From an uncultured Chloroflexia bacterium (GTDB lineage Bacteria; Chloroflexota; Ktedonobacteria; Ktedonobacterales; JADMIN01): a DNA stretch of 32,000 bases. The notes under the pieces were generated by a model. It worked only from the letters and a program-made list of their open reading frames with translations. It ran no database searches and was not told the origin of the DNA. Of the stretch, positions 1 through 8,041 are shown piece after piece. The stretch covers positions 1 to 32,000 of the forward strand of contig CAVRAI010000001.1 of the NCBI GenBank assembly GCA_963718915.1. The letters are read 5' to 3'. A program made the translations under genes and the position numbers. The number at the start of each line of letters is the position of its first letter. The first letter of the stretch is position 1.

Positions 1-435
1 GTGGCGAGGCATGCCGCAGCCTGAAACGTTTGGTGTGAGTTAGGCGCTCGTGCACAGGGAGCAAGTAGAAAGGAGGCGCCACAGTGGCAGACTGAGGGAA
101 AGACCAATTCCTCGAAAAGGAGGCCCTCAGATGCTCGATGTGGACACCTTCCTAACGACAGTCTACGTGTTGGTGGACGAGTACGACAAGACCGCCTTGC
201 CGCCCGACCCGCCGACGCCTGGCCCCGCTCCGGCGCTCGCGCGCAGCGAAGCCTTGACGTTGGCGCTCTTCGCCCAATGGGGCCTGTTTGCGAGTGAGCG
301 GGCCTTCTACCGCTATGCCGAGCGCCATTTGCGCCCGGCTTTCCCGACCTTGCCCGCGCGCAGCCAGTATAACCGCCAGGTGCGCCGCCTGAGTGCCGCC
401 TTGATCGCGGTGGGCATCGCGGTGGGCCAGTGGGT

Positions 436-461
436 CGCGGCGCGGCTGCGCGGCGCGGCTG
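436..461 (+). repeat. Perfect 13-bp tandem duplication (CGCGGCGCGGCTG x2) causing the transposase frameshift
   Basis: Read directly: 436-448 equals 449-461. A 13-nt insertion is +1 mod 3, which is exactly the offset between ORF 50..526 and ORF 516..1160. A second, in-frame 9-bp duplication (CAGGCGGAG x2) lies at 481-498. Confidence 0.85.
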
Positions 462-770
462 CGCGACACGCTGGCGGCAGCAGGCGGAGCAGGCGGAGCG
501 GACGATGCCTACGAAGTGGTCGATAGCCTGGGGGTGGCGACGCGGCATAACCAACGCCGAGGACGCGGCTGGTTGCCGGGCCAGGCGGCGCGGGGCTACT
601 GCAATCGGCTCGGCTGGTACGTCGGTTTCCATGTGCTGACCGTCGTCACGCCCCAGGGAATCCTCACCGGCTTTGGCATCGCGCCCGGCAACAGCGCCGA
701 CCAATGGCTCGCGGAGACGTTGTTCGCCGCCCGCCACCACCCGCACTCCCGCTGGCCCGAGGTGGGCCAG

Positions 771-806
771 CCGCACGCGCCGCACGCGCCGCACGCGCCG
801 CACGCG
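771..806 (+). repeat. 9-bp tandem repeat CCGCACGCG x4 inside the transposase (encodes PHA/HAP repeats)
   Basis: Read directly from the sequence. It is in-frame and gives the peptide PHAPHAPHAPHA. Confidence 0.9.
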
Positions 807-1279
807 GCGCAGTGGTATCTGGCCGATACCGGCTTTGAGGGCGCCCGCTGGGTCACGCCGTGGCGCACCCAGTACCAGGCGCGCGTCCTCATCCCGCCCA
901 AGCGGGGCACCGAGCGTCAACGCCCCGTGCAGCCCTGGTCCCACGCTGCGCGCCATGCCTTTGCCCGCTGCCGCCAGATCATCGAGAGCGTCCATGACAA
1001 GCTCCTGCACACCTTCGGCCTGGAGCATGAACGCCCCCATGCGCTGCCGGGGTTCCGCGCCCGCCTCGCCGCGCGGGTGACGCTCCATAATCTCTGTTGT
1101 TGGCTCAATTACCAACTCGGACGTCCTTTGCTCGCTTTTGCTGATCTGATCGACTGGTAAGGAGTGCCCAGATAACTCACACCAAACGTTGAAGGCTGCG
1201 GCTAATTTCCCAGCCCCATTCGCCGTAGCGTTCACGCTACGGTCGGCCCCCAAGGACAACAATCCAAACGAAATCAGTA

Positions 1280-2164
1280 TCAACTCTTGCGCCACCTCGG
1301 AACCCGCCCAGGGAACTTTTCATCGCCCAACTGGTGACAGACATCTTTCAGTCGCTCGTAGGCTCCCAGCCATTCCAGATCGGCCAGCGTTTCCTTCACT
1401 GGCACATCCTCGCGCAGCGTCGCCAGATTGCGGAAAAGCAGCGCCTCAGCCTGGTGCTGCGTCAGGCTCTCGGCCAGCCGTGCCGCGCGGCTAGCCGCGA
1501 TAGCCGAGATCCCCCAGGTGTGCGGATCGGCGGGGATCGCCTCAAGGTGCTCGTATTGTGCCAGCACGGCCGCCGCGGATTTTTCACCCCAGCCTGGGAT
1601 GCCGGGGAAGCCGTCGGCCGCATCGCCCACCAGTCCCAGCCAGTCGGGGATCGACTGCGGGCGCACGCCAAATTTCTCCACCACGCCCGCTTCATCGATG
1701 AGCATATTGCGGCGGCGATCCCAGCCAACGATGCGGTTTCCCGAGACCAGCTGGGCCAGATCCTTATCTGGCGAGCAGAGCACGATCTGTTCGACCGCAG
1801 CGTCGTTCTTGAAACGGGCGGTGGCGCTGGACAGGACGTCGTCGGCCTCGAACTCCACCATTGGCCAGACCACCAGCCCAAGCGCGGAAACGGCCTCTTC
1901 GGCCAGCGAGAACTGGGCTTTCAGGTTGGAGTCAACGCCCGCGCCGGTCTTGTAGCCGGGATATTGGCCGTTACGGAAGGACTCGATCACGTGATCGAAC
2001 GCGCAGGCCACATGGGTGACGCCCGGCGTGGTCAACAGCATCAGCAGGCTGCGTAAGAGGCCCAGCGTGGCGCCGACCTCGCGCCCATCCGGCGCCTTGC
2101 GCGGCGGCGCGCCGAAGTGGCTGCGAAACAGCTCGTAGGTCCCATCCACCAGGTAGATCTTCAT
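1280..2164 (-). CDS. 5'-3' exonuclease (FEN / Pol I N-terminal nuclease family)
   Basis: The product starts MKIYLVDGTYELFRSHF... and contains ...FEADDVL... and LVGDAADGFPGIPGWGEKSA, an H3TH motif. I place the start at the internal ATG 2164 (homology begins there, GGAAGGAG lies upstream). The track ORF extends to 2425. Confidence 0.85.
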   Translation of the reverse strand: MKIYLVDGTYELFRSHFGAPPRKAPDGREVGATLGLLRSLLMLLTTPGVTHVACAFDHVIESFRNGQYPGYKTGAGVDSNLKAQFSLAEEAVSALGLVVWPMVEFEADDVLSSATARFKNDAAVEQIVLCSPDKDLAQLVSGNRIVGWDRRRNMLIDEAGVVEKFGVRPQSIPDWLGLVGDAADGFPGIPGWGEKSAAAVLAQYEHLEAIPADPHTWGISAIAASRAARLAESLTQHQAEALLFRNLATLREDVPVKETLADLEWLGAYERLKDVCHQLGDEKFPGRVPRWRKS

Positions 2165-2460
2165 AGTGTCTAGTGTCTCCTTCCTTTCGGAAGCGTACTC
2201 CACAGATATTCTCCCAGAGGAAAAGGAAGGCGGAAACGCAGAGGAGACGAGGACGCGAGGCCTCACTCGCCTCCCGGCCGCAAGCGCTTTGGGATTCCAG
2301 CATATCCGCTTCGCACATTGGACGAGCCTGCGCCAGCCTCTTGCGCCCGTGATGAGGATACGGTATGCTTGGTCGCAGCTACCGTCCAGGCACAGGCCGC
2401 GACTGAGTCCGCGCACCCAACGCATCCAGCATCTCGGCCGGCTACATGAGGGAGAGACAG

Positions 2461-3282
2461 ATGACGATGGGACACGCCAGGCGTCGATTGCGGTATATCG
2501 CGAGAACGGCTATGCTTTGCCTCACGCTTGCTGTCTCTGGGTGCGCGGCTGTTGGGAGTGCGAGGGCGACGACGAGCGCCAGCGCCATTCCTTCAGCGAA
2601 CGCCGCCACCCCCACCACGATCCCGCACCCAATTGCCGCCTTCACCTGCGACGCTGACAGCCTGCCGGTCCGGCCCGCCAATACGCGGACAAGCTGCTCG
2701 GTCGGCACACAGTTTGGTGTGGAGGTACTCCACGCTACCTACGCCACCGCCGCCGGGTCGCAGCCAAGCGTTGATGAGAGCGATCTCATCACCTCAGGCT
2801 GGAGGGTCGCCACGGCAGCGCATGGCGACGGCGCCGTGACGAGCCAGGGATACAGCGTCTACCTCTATCAGAGCGCCTGGTTCGTCTTCGAGTGGACCGG
2901 CAACAGCAGCGGCAGCTTCAAACTCACCGTCCAGACAAGTGTTCCTCCCGGCGCAACACCTATCTCCTGCGGCAAGACACCACCCGTAGGCAGCGGTCGC
3001 CTCAAGGGCATCGTCCTTCCGGACGGCGCGTTTATGGTAGCGATTCTGGGAGCCAGTGCGTCGTTCGCGCCCGTCTGCGCCGACGATGTACAGCATTTCT
3101 ATGAGGCTTTGCTGCCAGCCGCTGGTTGGCATATGGACCAGCCTTTTGCCAACATCAGTTACGGTCCTGGGGCGACGCAGGTGAAATCGGCGGTCATCAC
3201 GCGCGGCAGTATCAAAGCCACCGTCACCATCGCAGGGTATCCCGGCACCCAGACCCTCATCCTCATCACTATCAAGGGATAG
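2461..3282 (+). CDS. Putative secreted lipoprotein, unknown function
   Basis: Signal peptide with lipobox: MTMGHARRRLRYIARTAMLCLTLAVSGC. GAGGGAGAG lies just upstream of ATG 2461. The track ORF starts at 2446. I recognise no family motif. Confidence 0.6.
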   Translation: MTMGHARRRLRYIARTAMLCLTLAVSGCAAVGSARATTSASAIPSANAATPTTIPHPIAAFTCDADSLPVRPANTRTSCSVGTQFGVEVLHATYATAAGSQPSVDESDLITSGWRVATAAHGDGAVTSQGYSVYLYQSAWFVFEWTGNSSGSFKLTVQTSVPPGATPISCGKTPPVGSGRLKGIVLPDGAFMVAILGASASFAPVCADDVQHFYEALLPAAGWHMDQPFANISYGPGATQVKSAVITRGSIKATVTIAGYPGTQTLILITIKG

Positions 3283-3323
3283 GCACCGATAGGAGCCGAT
3301 AGGAGCAGGCGCAGCGGGCTATG

Positions 3324-3806
3324 TTAGCTCTTGCCGCCGAACGAATCAGACCAGCGGCGCACCCACTCCGTCTGCGCATCCAGCAGCGAACGGGTGGTCG
3401 AGCTCCACAGGTCAACCAGCCCTTCGTCGGGCTGGTCGGCGGATGCCTTGCCGCGCGCCTGTCCCTTGGTCGTCTCTCTCATCACGTCGAACCAGTTCTG
3501 CCAGAGCTGGCGCTGGGCGTCGATCCAGTGCTGGAAGTTGTCCTGTCCCTCACGGAGTTGCGCCTGTAATTCGTCGGGGGCGCCGGGCGTCTTCACCATC
3601 GAATCAATCCAGGTACGCGTCCAGGTTGCCTGGGTATCGAGCGTATTCATGACCGCTGTGCGCCAGGAATCCACCGTCTCGTTCCATATTTTGGTGTCGG
3701 GCGTGCCGCCTCCCGCCCGGACCATGTCCATCCAATTCGTCAGCAACTGGCGTTGCGACTCGGCCCATGCCCTGATCATCTGCTCGCCAGACGTATTCGC
3801 GCTCAT
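3324..3806 (-). CDS. Trp-rich helical repeat protein, unknown function
   Basis: 160-aa ORF with an AGGAG 8 nt upstream. It has three internal repeats of the type W..(S/A)QRQL..NW.D(M/V): WAESQRQLLTNWMDMVR, WIDAQRQLWQNWFDVMR and LLDAQTEWVRRWSDSF. Confidence 0.55.
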   Translation of the reverse strand: MSANTSGEQMIRAWAESQRQLLTNWMDMVRAGGGTPDTKIWNETVDSWRTAVMNTLDTQATWTRTWIDSMVKTPGAPDELQAQLREGQDNFQHWIDAQRQLWQNWFDVMRETTKGQARGKASADQPDEGLVDLWSSTTRSLLDAQTEWVRRWSDSFGGKS

Positions 3807-3908
3807 GGCCTCTGCTCCTCTCGCTCCATCACGGAGATCCCGCTGTTTGCCGCCGGAGCCAAACGCACCGTATGTTGGTGTTGTACCACAGCGCGCCGCC
3901 TATCCCAT

Positions 3909-5162
3909 TTACAAGGGTTTGCGAGCCGAGACGACAAACTCATATAACTCCTTTTTCGATGACCGCTTCCGAATCGGCTTGATATGTACGTTTTCGAAAC
4001 CCTGAGATGTGAACAAACTCGCGAATATCTCCTCGACCGGCAGCAGCACATCGTAAAACTTGGAGTTGCCAACAGTGTAATGAACACTGCCGCCACGACG
4101 CACGACAGCGAACAGTGTACGTACATGCGTAACCATATCGTAGAAATACTTGTGCACATAACGAGATAACACGGGGCTGTGACTGTTAATCCGTTCAATA
4201 ATCTCCATAAAGCTCGGATAAGGGATCGTGACATCAGTCTCTGGTACCCACTTCGCAACGTTGCTTGTAGCATAACCCCATGTGCCGCCGATAGCTTGCC
4301 AATCAAGCTCGCCCGCGCCTCGCGCATCCTGGAGATAGCCCAGCCAGTACATGTAAGGGCGAAGTTCACGGATATAGCTCATACGGTTGGGATAAGGCGG
4401 CGACGTGATGACACAGGCATACTGGTCATTTGGCAGCGCCGTATTGAGCGAACGCGCATCTGCGAGAAACACTCGCGGTTTCTCAACAATCCCGCTTGAT
4501 GCCGACGCCGCAATGTCGGCAGTAGATTGCGCCCAATTGTCATATGTCCGCTGTTCTCTACTGTAAAGCAAATCAAGCATCGGCGTGGCACGCAACGCTG
4601 ATGCAGACTTAAAAGACATAGACTGGTGGCCAAAACTCGCATTTGACAACTCGATCATCGTGCGGCAAAACGCGATCTTCAGCAACGCTATGATGTCGTC
4701 ATGTGTGGTAAGCGCAAGGTCATTGATCCGCCACATCATGCGAGCCAGCGCCGACAGTGTAACTGGTTCCCACCACTTCTCAATCTGAAACAAGGGCGGC
4801 TGAAACTGTGGCGCATTGTGTTGTGTGACAACTGCTGCCACAGAATGAGCAGCCGATTGAAAACCTGTAAGGTCATTTGCTGTATAACTACGCGCCTTAA
4901 CAGTAGTCAACCACACAAGGAATGGATTAATGTCAACTGTATCACAGGGTATGCCCCTCTCGGCGCAAACTAACGCTGTCGTCCCTGTGCCACAAAATGG
5001 GTCGAGCACAACGCCATTGCCTACCTCACTCTGGTCAAGCAATTCATCCACCAGATGTACCGAGTACGCTGGAGTAAGCCGTAACCAACCGTATCGTGTA
5101 TGTTTCAGGTTGCCTTTGAAGGTAAGATGGCCATGCTGGCCAAGCATTTGTGGAGCTGTCAT
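3909..5162 (-). CDS. DNA methyltransferase (amino-MTase, N6-A or N4-C), R-M system M subunit
   Basis: The AdoMet motif VLDPFCGTGTT is near the N-terminus and the catalytic motif TSPPYPNR lies about 200 aa downstream. This is alpha-type order with an intervening target-recognition region. The gene sits in the low-GC island. Its start is 3 nt after the stop of the upstream endonuclease gene. Confidence 0.85.
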   Translation of the reverse strand: MTAPQMLGQHGHLTFKGNLKHTRYGWLRLTPAYSVHLVDELLDQSEVGNGVVLDPFCGTGTTALVCAERGIPCDTVDINPFLVWLTTVKARSYTANDLTGFQSAAHSVAAVVTQHNAPQFQPPLFQIEKWWEPVTLSALARMMWRINDLALTTHDDIIALLKIAFCRTMIELSNASFGHQSMSFKSASALRATPMLDLLYSREQRTYDNWAQSTADIAASASSGIVEKPRVFLADARSLNTALPNDQYACVITSPPYPNRMSYIRELRPYMYWLGYLQDARGAGELDWQAIGGTWGYATSNVAKWVPETDVTIPYPSFMEIIERINSHSPVLSRYVHKYFYDMVTHVRTLFAVVRRGGSVHYTVGNSKFYDVLLPVEEIFASLFTSQGFENVHIKPIRKRSSKKELYEFVVSARKPL

Positions 5163-5165
5163 TTG

Positions 5166-6002
5166 TTATGCTTTCAAGAGTGCTGAAAGTACAGTAGTTA
5201 TCGCTTCCTTCATCGCTGACGAATTGCGTTGAAAGAAAGCAGCTAGATCATAGCCAATGACTTCCCGGCAGAATGCATACGTGCTATCTGTCGTCTGTCC
5301 GGCCAGCGTGCCTCGCAGCATCAACCACCTCTCACCCTGGTATCGTTCTACCAGTGCTGTGTCAATCTGAGTGGAGACAAGCACCAGGACAGGCATATAG
5401 CGGTGCAAATAGGCGCTTGATGCGTTCGAGATGTCGGCATTTTGCCGTTTTGAATCCATGCTCTTGTAGCCCTGGCGCACCTCAAATACGACTCCTTCTA
5501 GAGTAGGCAAGAGATTTGGTTCAATCAGCAGTTTTGCCGCAGCGTGCCTGAACCAGTCGTCCAATCGAGAACGTGCCTCAGGATCGTCAACATCTTGAAA
5601 TTGTATTCTTCCGTCTAATTTGAGGAAACGCGGTTTTCCATTTGCTCCGACTGTCTCATATTCCCAGGAAGCCTGTTGCGGCGTCAATTTGAGCGTATCG
5701 CATAATACAGCACGAAAAATCCGCTCACAGCCAATGCCGACTTGCCGATAAATCGAAGTCATGCCACCTGCTGCTTTATGAGCGGCATACATGAGCGGCG
5801 AGTCAAGGCCGACCCAGTTGTAAAAAGGGTCGGAACCATAGATCTCCTGAAACTCTTCCAGGCTCACACCGCTTGTTCGCCCTTGCCCCAATTTCGGCCG
5901 ATACAACGCCGATTTCATGACAGCGGCAGTGAAAAGCTCGACGTATCTGGCGTCCTGTGCTTCTTTACCCTCGAATGAATCGTCACCAGGATGAGATTGC
6001 AT
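5166..6002 (-). CDS. Putative type II restriction endonuclease (family not assigned)
   Basis: 278-aa ORF immediately upstream of, and co-oriented with, the methyltransferase, with the same low GC. Candidate PD-(D/E)XK elements are LKLDGRI ... VFEVRQGYK. GGGAG lies 5 nt before the ATG. The function is inferred from context. Confidence 0.6.
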   Translation of the reverse strand: MQSHPGDDSFEGKEAQDARYVELFTAAVMKSALYRPKLGQGRTSGVSLEEFQEIYGSDPFYNWVGLDSPLMYAAHKAAGGMTSIYRQVGIGCERIFRAVLCDTLKLTPQQASWEYETVGANGKPRFLKLDGRIQFQDVDDPEARSRLDDWFRHAAAKLLIEPNLLPTLEGVVFEVRQGYKSMDSKRQNADISNASSAYLHRYMPVLVLVSTQIDTALVERYQGERWLMLRGTLAGQTTDSTYAFCREVIGYDLAAFFQRNSSAMKEAITTVLSALLKA

Positions 6003-6131
6003 AAAGGCTCCCGCAGCAAACTCTTATTGAGAGAACTGGTAAAAAAAGCCATCGACAGGCGAGCGGCAATCATCCAAAAGTTAGTGTTACGTCTGCTTGT
6101 AAATGCAGTCTGCAATCTCTCCTTGCACATG

Positions 6132-7001
6132 TCAACTATTCTCAGGCGGCTCGTCCAGCTTCGTGAGGTCGTCCAGGTCTTCCGGCTCTTCGGGATCTTT
6201 GTTCTCACCCTCCGCGTTCTCGTCGCTTTCAGCTGGCTCTTTCTCCGCCGCGTCGCGCGTCATCTGCCGGGCGATGTCCCGCGCCTCCAGCCGGAGTTTG
6301 CGAATCTCGCCGACGGTCGCGTTCACGCGGTCGAACAGCTCGCGGTGCGCCTCGATGCCCGTGCTGATGAGCCAGGCGGCGGCGTCGCTACGGGTCGAGC
6401 GGATACCCGCCTCCACCAGCGCATCCAGCGCATCCACGGCGGCATCGTCCAGGCGGCAGGTGACAACGTTGTTCTTTGGCCCAGCGGACGGTGTGGCGGG
6501 AGTGGACGCCACGCTCTCCGGGCGCCGCGCAAACATATCGGTGAGCGCATTCCGCGCGCGCTCCAGGTTGATGCCCATGCTTTCCAGGACACCCGCGGCG
6601 ATGCCTTCGCCCTCGCGGATCAGCCCCAGCAGCAAATGCTCCGTGCCGATGTAGTGATGGTTGAGCCGCCGCGCCTCATCGACCGCCAGCTCCATCACCT
6701 TCTTGGCGCGCGGGGTCATGCCAATCTCACCGAGCACAATACGGTCGCCATGCCCGATGATAAAGAGCACTTCGCGCCGCACGTCTTCCGGCTGGACACC
6801 CAGATACGCCAGCATTTTCGTGCTTGGCGTATCGCGCTCCTCCTCGCGCACCAATCCGAGCAACAGATGCTCGGTGCCCATGTAGTTGTGGTTGAGTTTC
6901 TGCGCCTCATCCTGCGCCAGACTCAGCGCCAGCCGCGCACGCTCGGTAAACTTCTCGAACTTGTCGGAGAACCCGCCAGACCGTGACGATTTGCCGAACA
7001 T
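6132..7001 (-). CDS. Clp N-terminal repeat domain protein fused to a ribbon-helix-helix-like module and an acidic tail
   Basis: Two Clp_N repeats are present (YMGTEHLLLGLVRE and YIGTEHLLLGLIRE). They are followed by VVTCRLDDAAVDALDALVEAGIRSTRSDAAAWLI, which looks CopG/RHH-like, and then a D/E-rich C-terminus. There are no AAA+ motifs. Confidence 0.75.
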   Translation of the reverse strand: MFGKSSRSGGFSDKFEKFTERARLALSLAQDEAQKLNHNYMGTEHLLLGLVREEERDTPSTKMLAYLGVQPEDVRREVLFIIGHGDRIVLGEIGMTPRAKKVMELAVDEARRLNHHYIGTEHLLLGLIREGEGIAAGVLESMGINLERARNALTDMFARRPESVASTPATPSAGPKNNVVTCRLDDAAVDALDALVEAGIRSTRSDAAAWLISTGIEAHRELFDRVNATVGEIRKLRLEARDIARQMTRDAAEKEPAESDENAEGENKDPEEPEDLDDLTKLDEPPENS

Positions 7002-7188
7002 CGCCGCAACCTCCGTAACTCGAACGAAGCGTATACGATTTACAAGATACGAGTAGCACGCGATCTGGACAAAGTCAAGTGGCGGTGTGTTGTTCGTGTA
7101 CGGTTCGGGTGTTTCGAGCCGCTATCCTCGGCATGGTAGAGTATGGACAACCACGCGAATCACCCAAAACATCCGAGAGAGTTCTATC

Positions 7189-7986
7189 GTGCCACCCATC
7201 GCGCTTGCCCTCGTTCTGCTGGCCGCGCTGTTCCATGCGGGCTGGAATCTGCTGCTGCATGGAACCGATGATCGGCTGGCGGCGGCGACGGTGGCCGGGC
7301 TGGTGGCGGGCGTCGCGCTTATCCCAGCGATGATCCTCGCGCCGCCATGGCAGGTCTGGCCGCTCATCATCCTCTCGGCGCTGGCGGAGTGCGCCTATGC
7401 CCTCTGCCTCACCACCGCCTATCGCCTGGGCGCGCTCTCGCTGGTCTATCCACTTGCGCGCGGCACGGCGCCGCTGCTGGTGACGCTGGGTGGCTGGCTG
7501 CTGCTCTCACAGGCGCCAACCCCCTGGGCGCTTGCCGGGGCGGGCGCGCTGGCGCTGGGGCTGGCCTCGGTGGCGACGGCGGGCAAGCATAACGGCCAGC
7601 GAGCGGCGATTGGCTTCGCGCTGCTGACTGGTGTCTGTATCGCCACCTACGCCACGATTGACGCCGGGGCGGTTCGCCAGGTGAATCCGGTGAGCTATCT
7701 CGGCGCGGTGATAGGACTTCAGGGAATGATCCTGGCAGGCATTTTGCGGCTCGACCTCAAGCGGTTACGGCGTGCTCTGAGGCCGGGGATACAGATCGCT
7801 ATCGGTTCGACGGCGGCGTATCTGCTGGTGCTGCTGGCGTTCCAGCGGGCCAACGCCGGGCCGGTGGCGACGCTGCGCGAGGTCTCTGTGCTGATCGGCG
7901 TTCTGTTGGCGCGCGAGCAGAAGGGGTGGCATGTCTGGCTGGGCGCGGCGCTGGTGGCGCTCGGCGCAGTCCTCACAGCGCTCTAA
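7189..7986 (+). CDS. EamA/DMT-family membrane transporter
   Basis: Highly hydrophobic multi-TM protein with an EamA-like N-terminus (ALALVLLAALFHAGWNLLLH). I favour the in-frame GTG 7189 as the start. The track ORF begins at 7087 with a non-membrane extension. Confidence 0.65.
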   Translation: MPPIALALVLLAALFHAGWNLLLHGTDDRLAAATVAGLVAGVALIPAMILAPPWQVWPLIILSALAECAYALCLTTAYRLGALSLVYPLARGTAPLLVTLGGWLLLSQAPTPWALAGAGALALGLASVATAGKHNGQRAAIGFALLTGVCIATYATIDAGAVRQVNPVSYLGAVIGLQGMILAGILRLDLKRLRRALRPGIQIAIGSTAAYLLVLLAFQRANAGPVATLREVSVLIGVLLAREQKGWHVWLGAALVALGAVLTAL

Positions 7987-8041
7987 ACGCAAAACCCCTC
8001 CCTATGAGAGACAGGGAAGGGATCTGCGAGGGGAAACCGCA

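Larger units (their letters stand above)
50..1160 (+). pseudogene. IS982-type DDE transposase, frameshifted
   Basis: Two ORFs (50..526 and 516..1160, different frames) together give an IS982-like pattern. The N-terminal part reads TVYVLVDEY...FPTLPARSQYNRQVRRL. The C-terminal part reads VVDSLGV...YLADTGFEG...ESVHDKL. The second frame stays open upstream to about 420. Removing one copy of the 13-bp duplication at 436-461 would fuse the two frames. Confidence 0.75.
14..1201 (+). mobile_element. IS982-family insertion sequence, apparently defective
   Basis: Terminal inverted repeats of 29 bp bracket the transposase reading frames. Bases 14-42 (CCGCAGCCTGAAACGTTTGGTGTGAGTTA) match the reverse complement of 1173-1201 at 27/29 positions. 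No obvious target-site duplication is visible, and only 13 bp of left flank is available. Confidence 0.8.

Noticed and set aside
1-13. Target-site duplication for the IS element.
   Set aside because: The bases flanking the two inverted repeats (..GGCATG / CTAATT..) do not match. With only 13 bp of left flank, nothing can be concluded.
771-806. Short tandem repeats (771-806, 436-461, 12818-12853, 21115-21159) as possible CRISPR arrays.
   Set aside because: The units are 9-15 bp and contiguous, with no spacers, and are mostly in-frame inside coding sequence. No cas genes are present.
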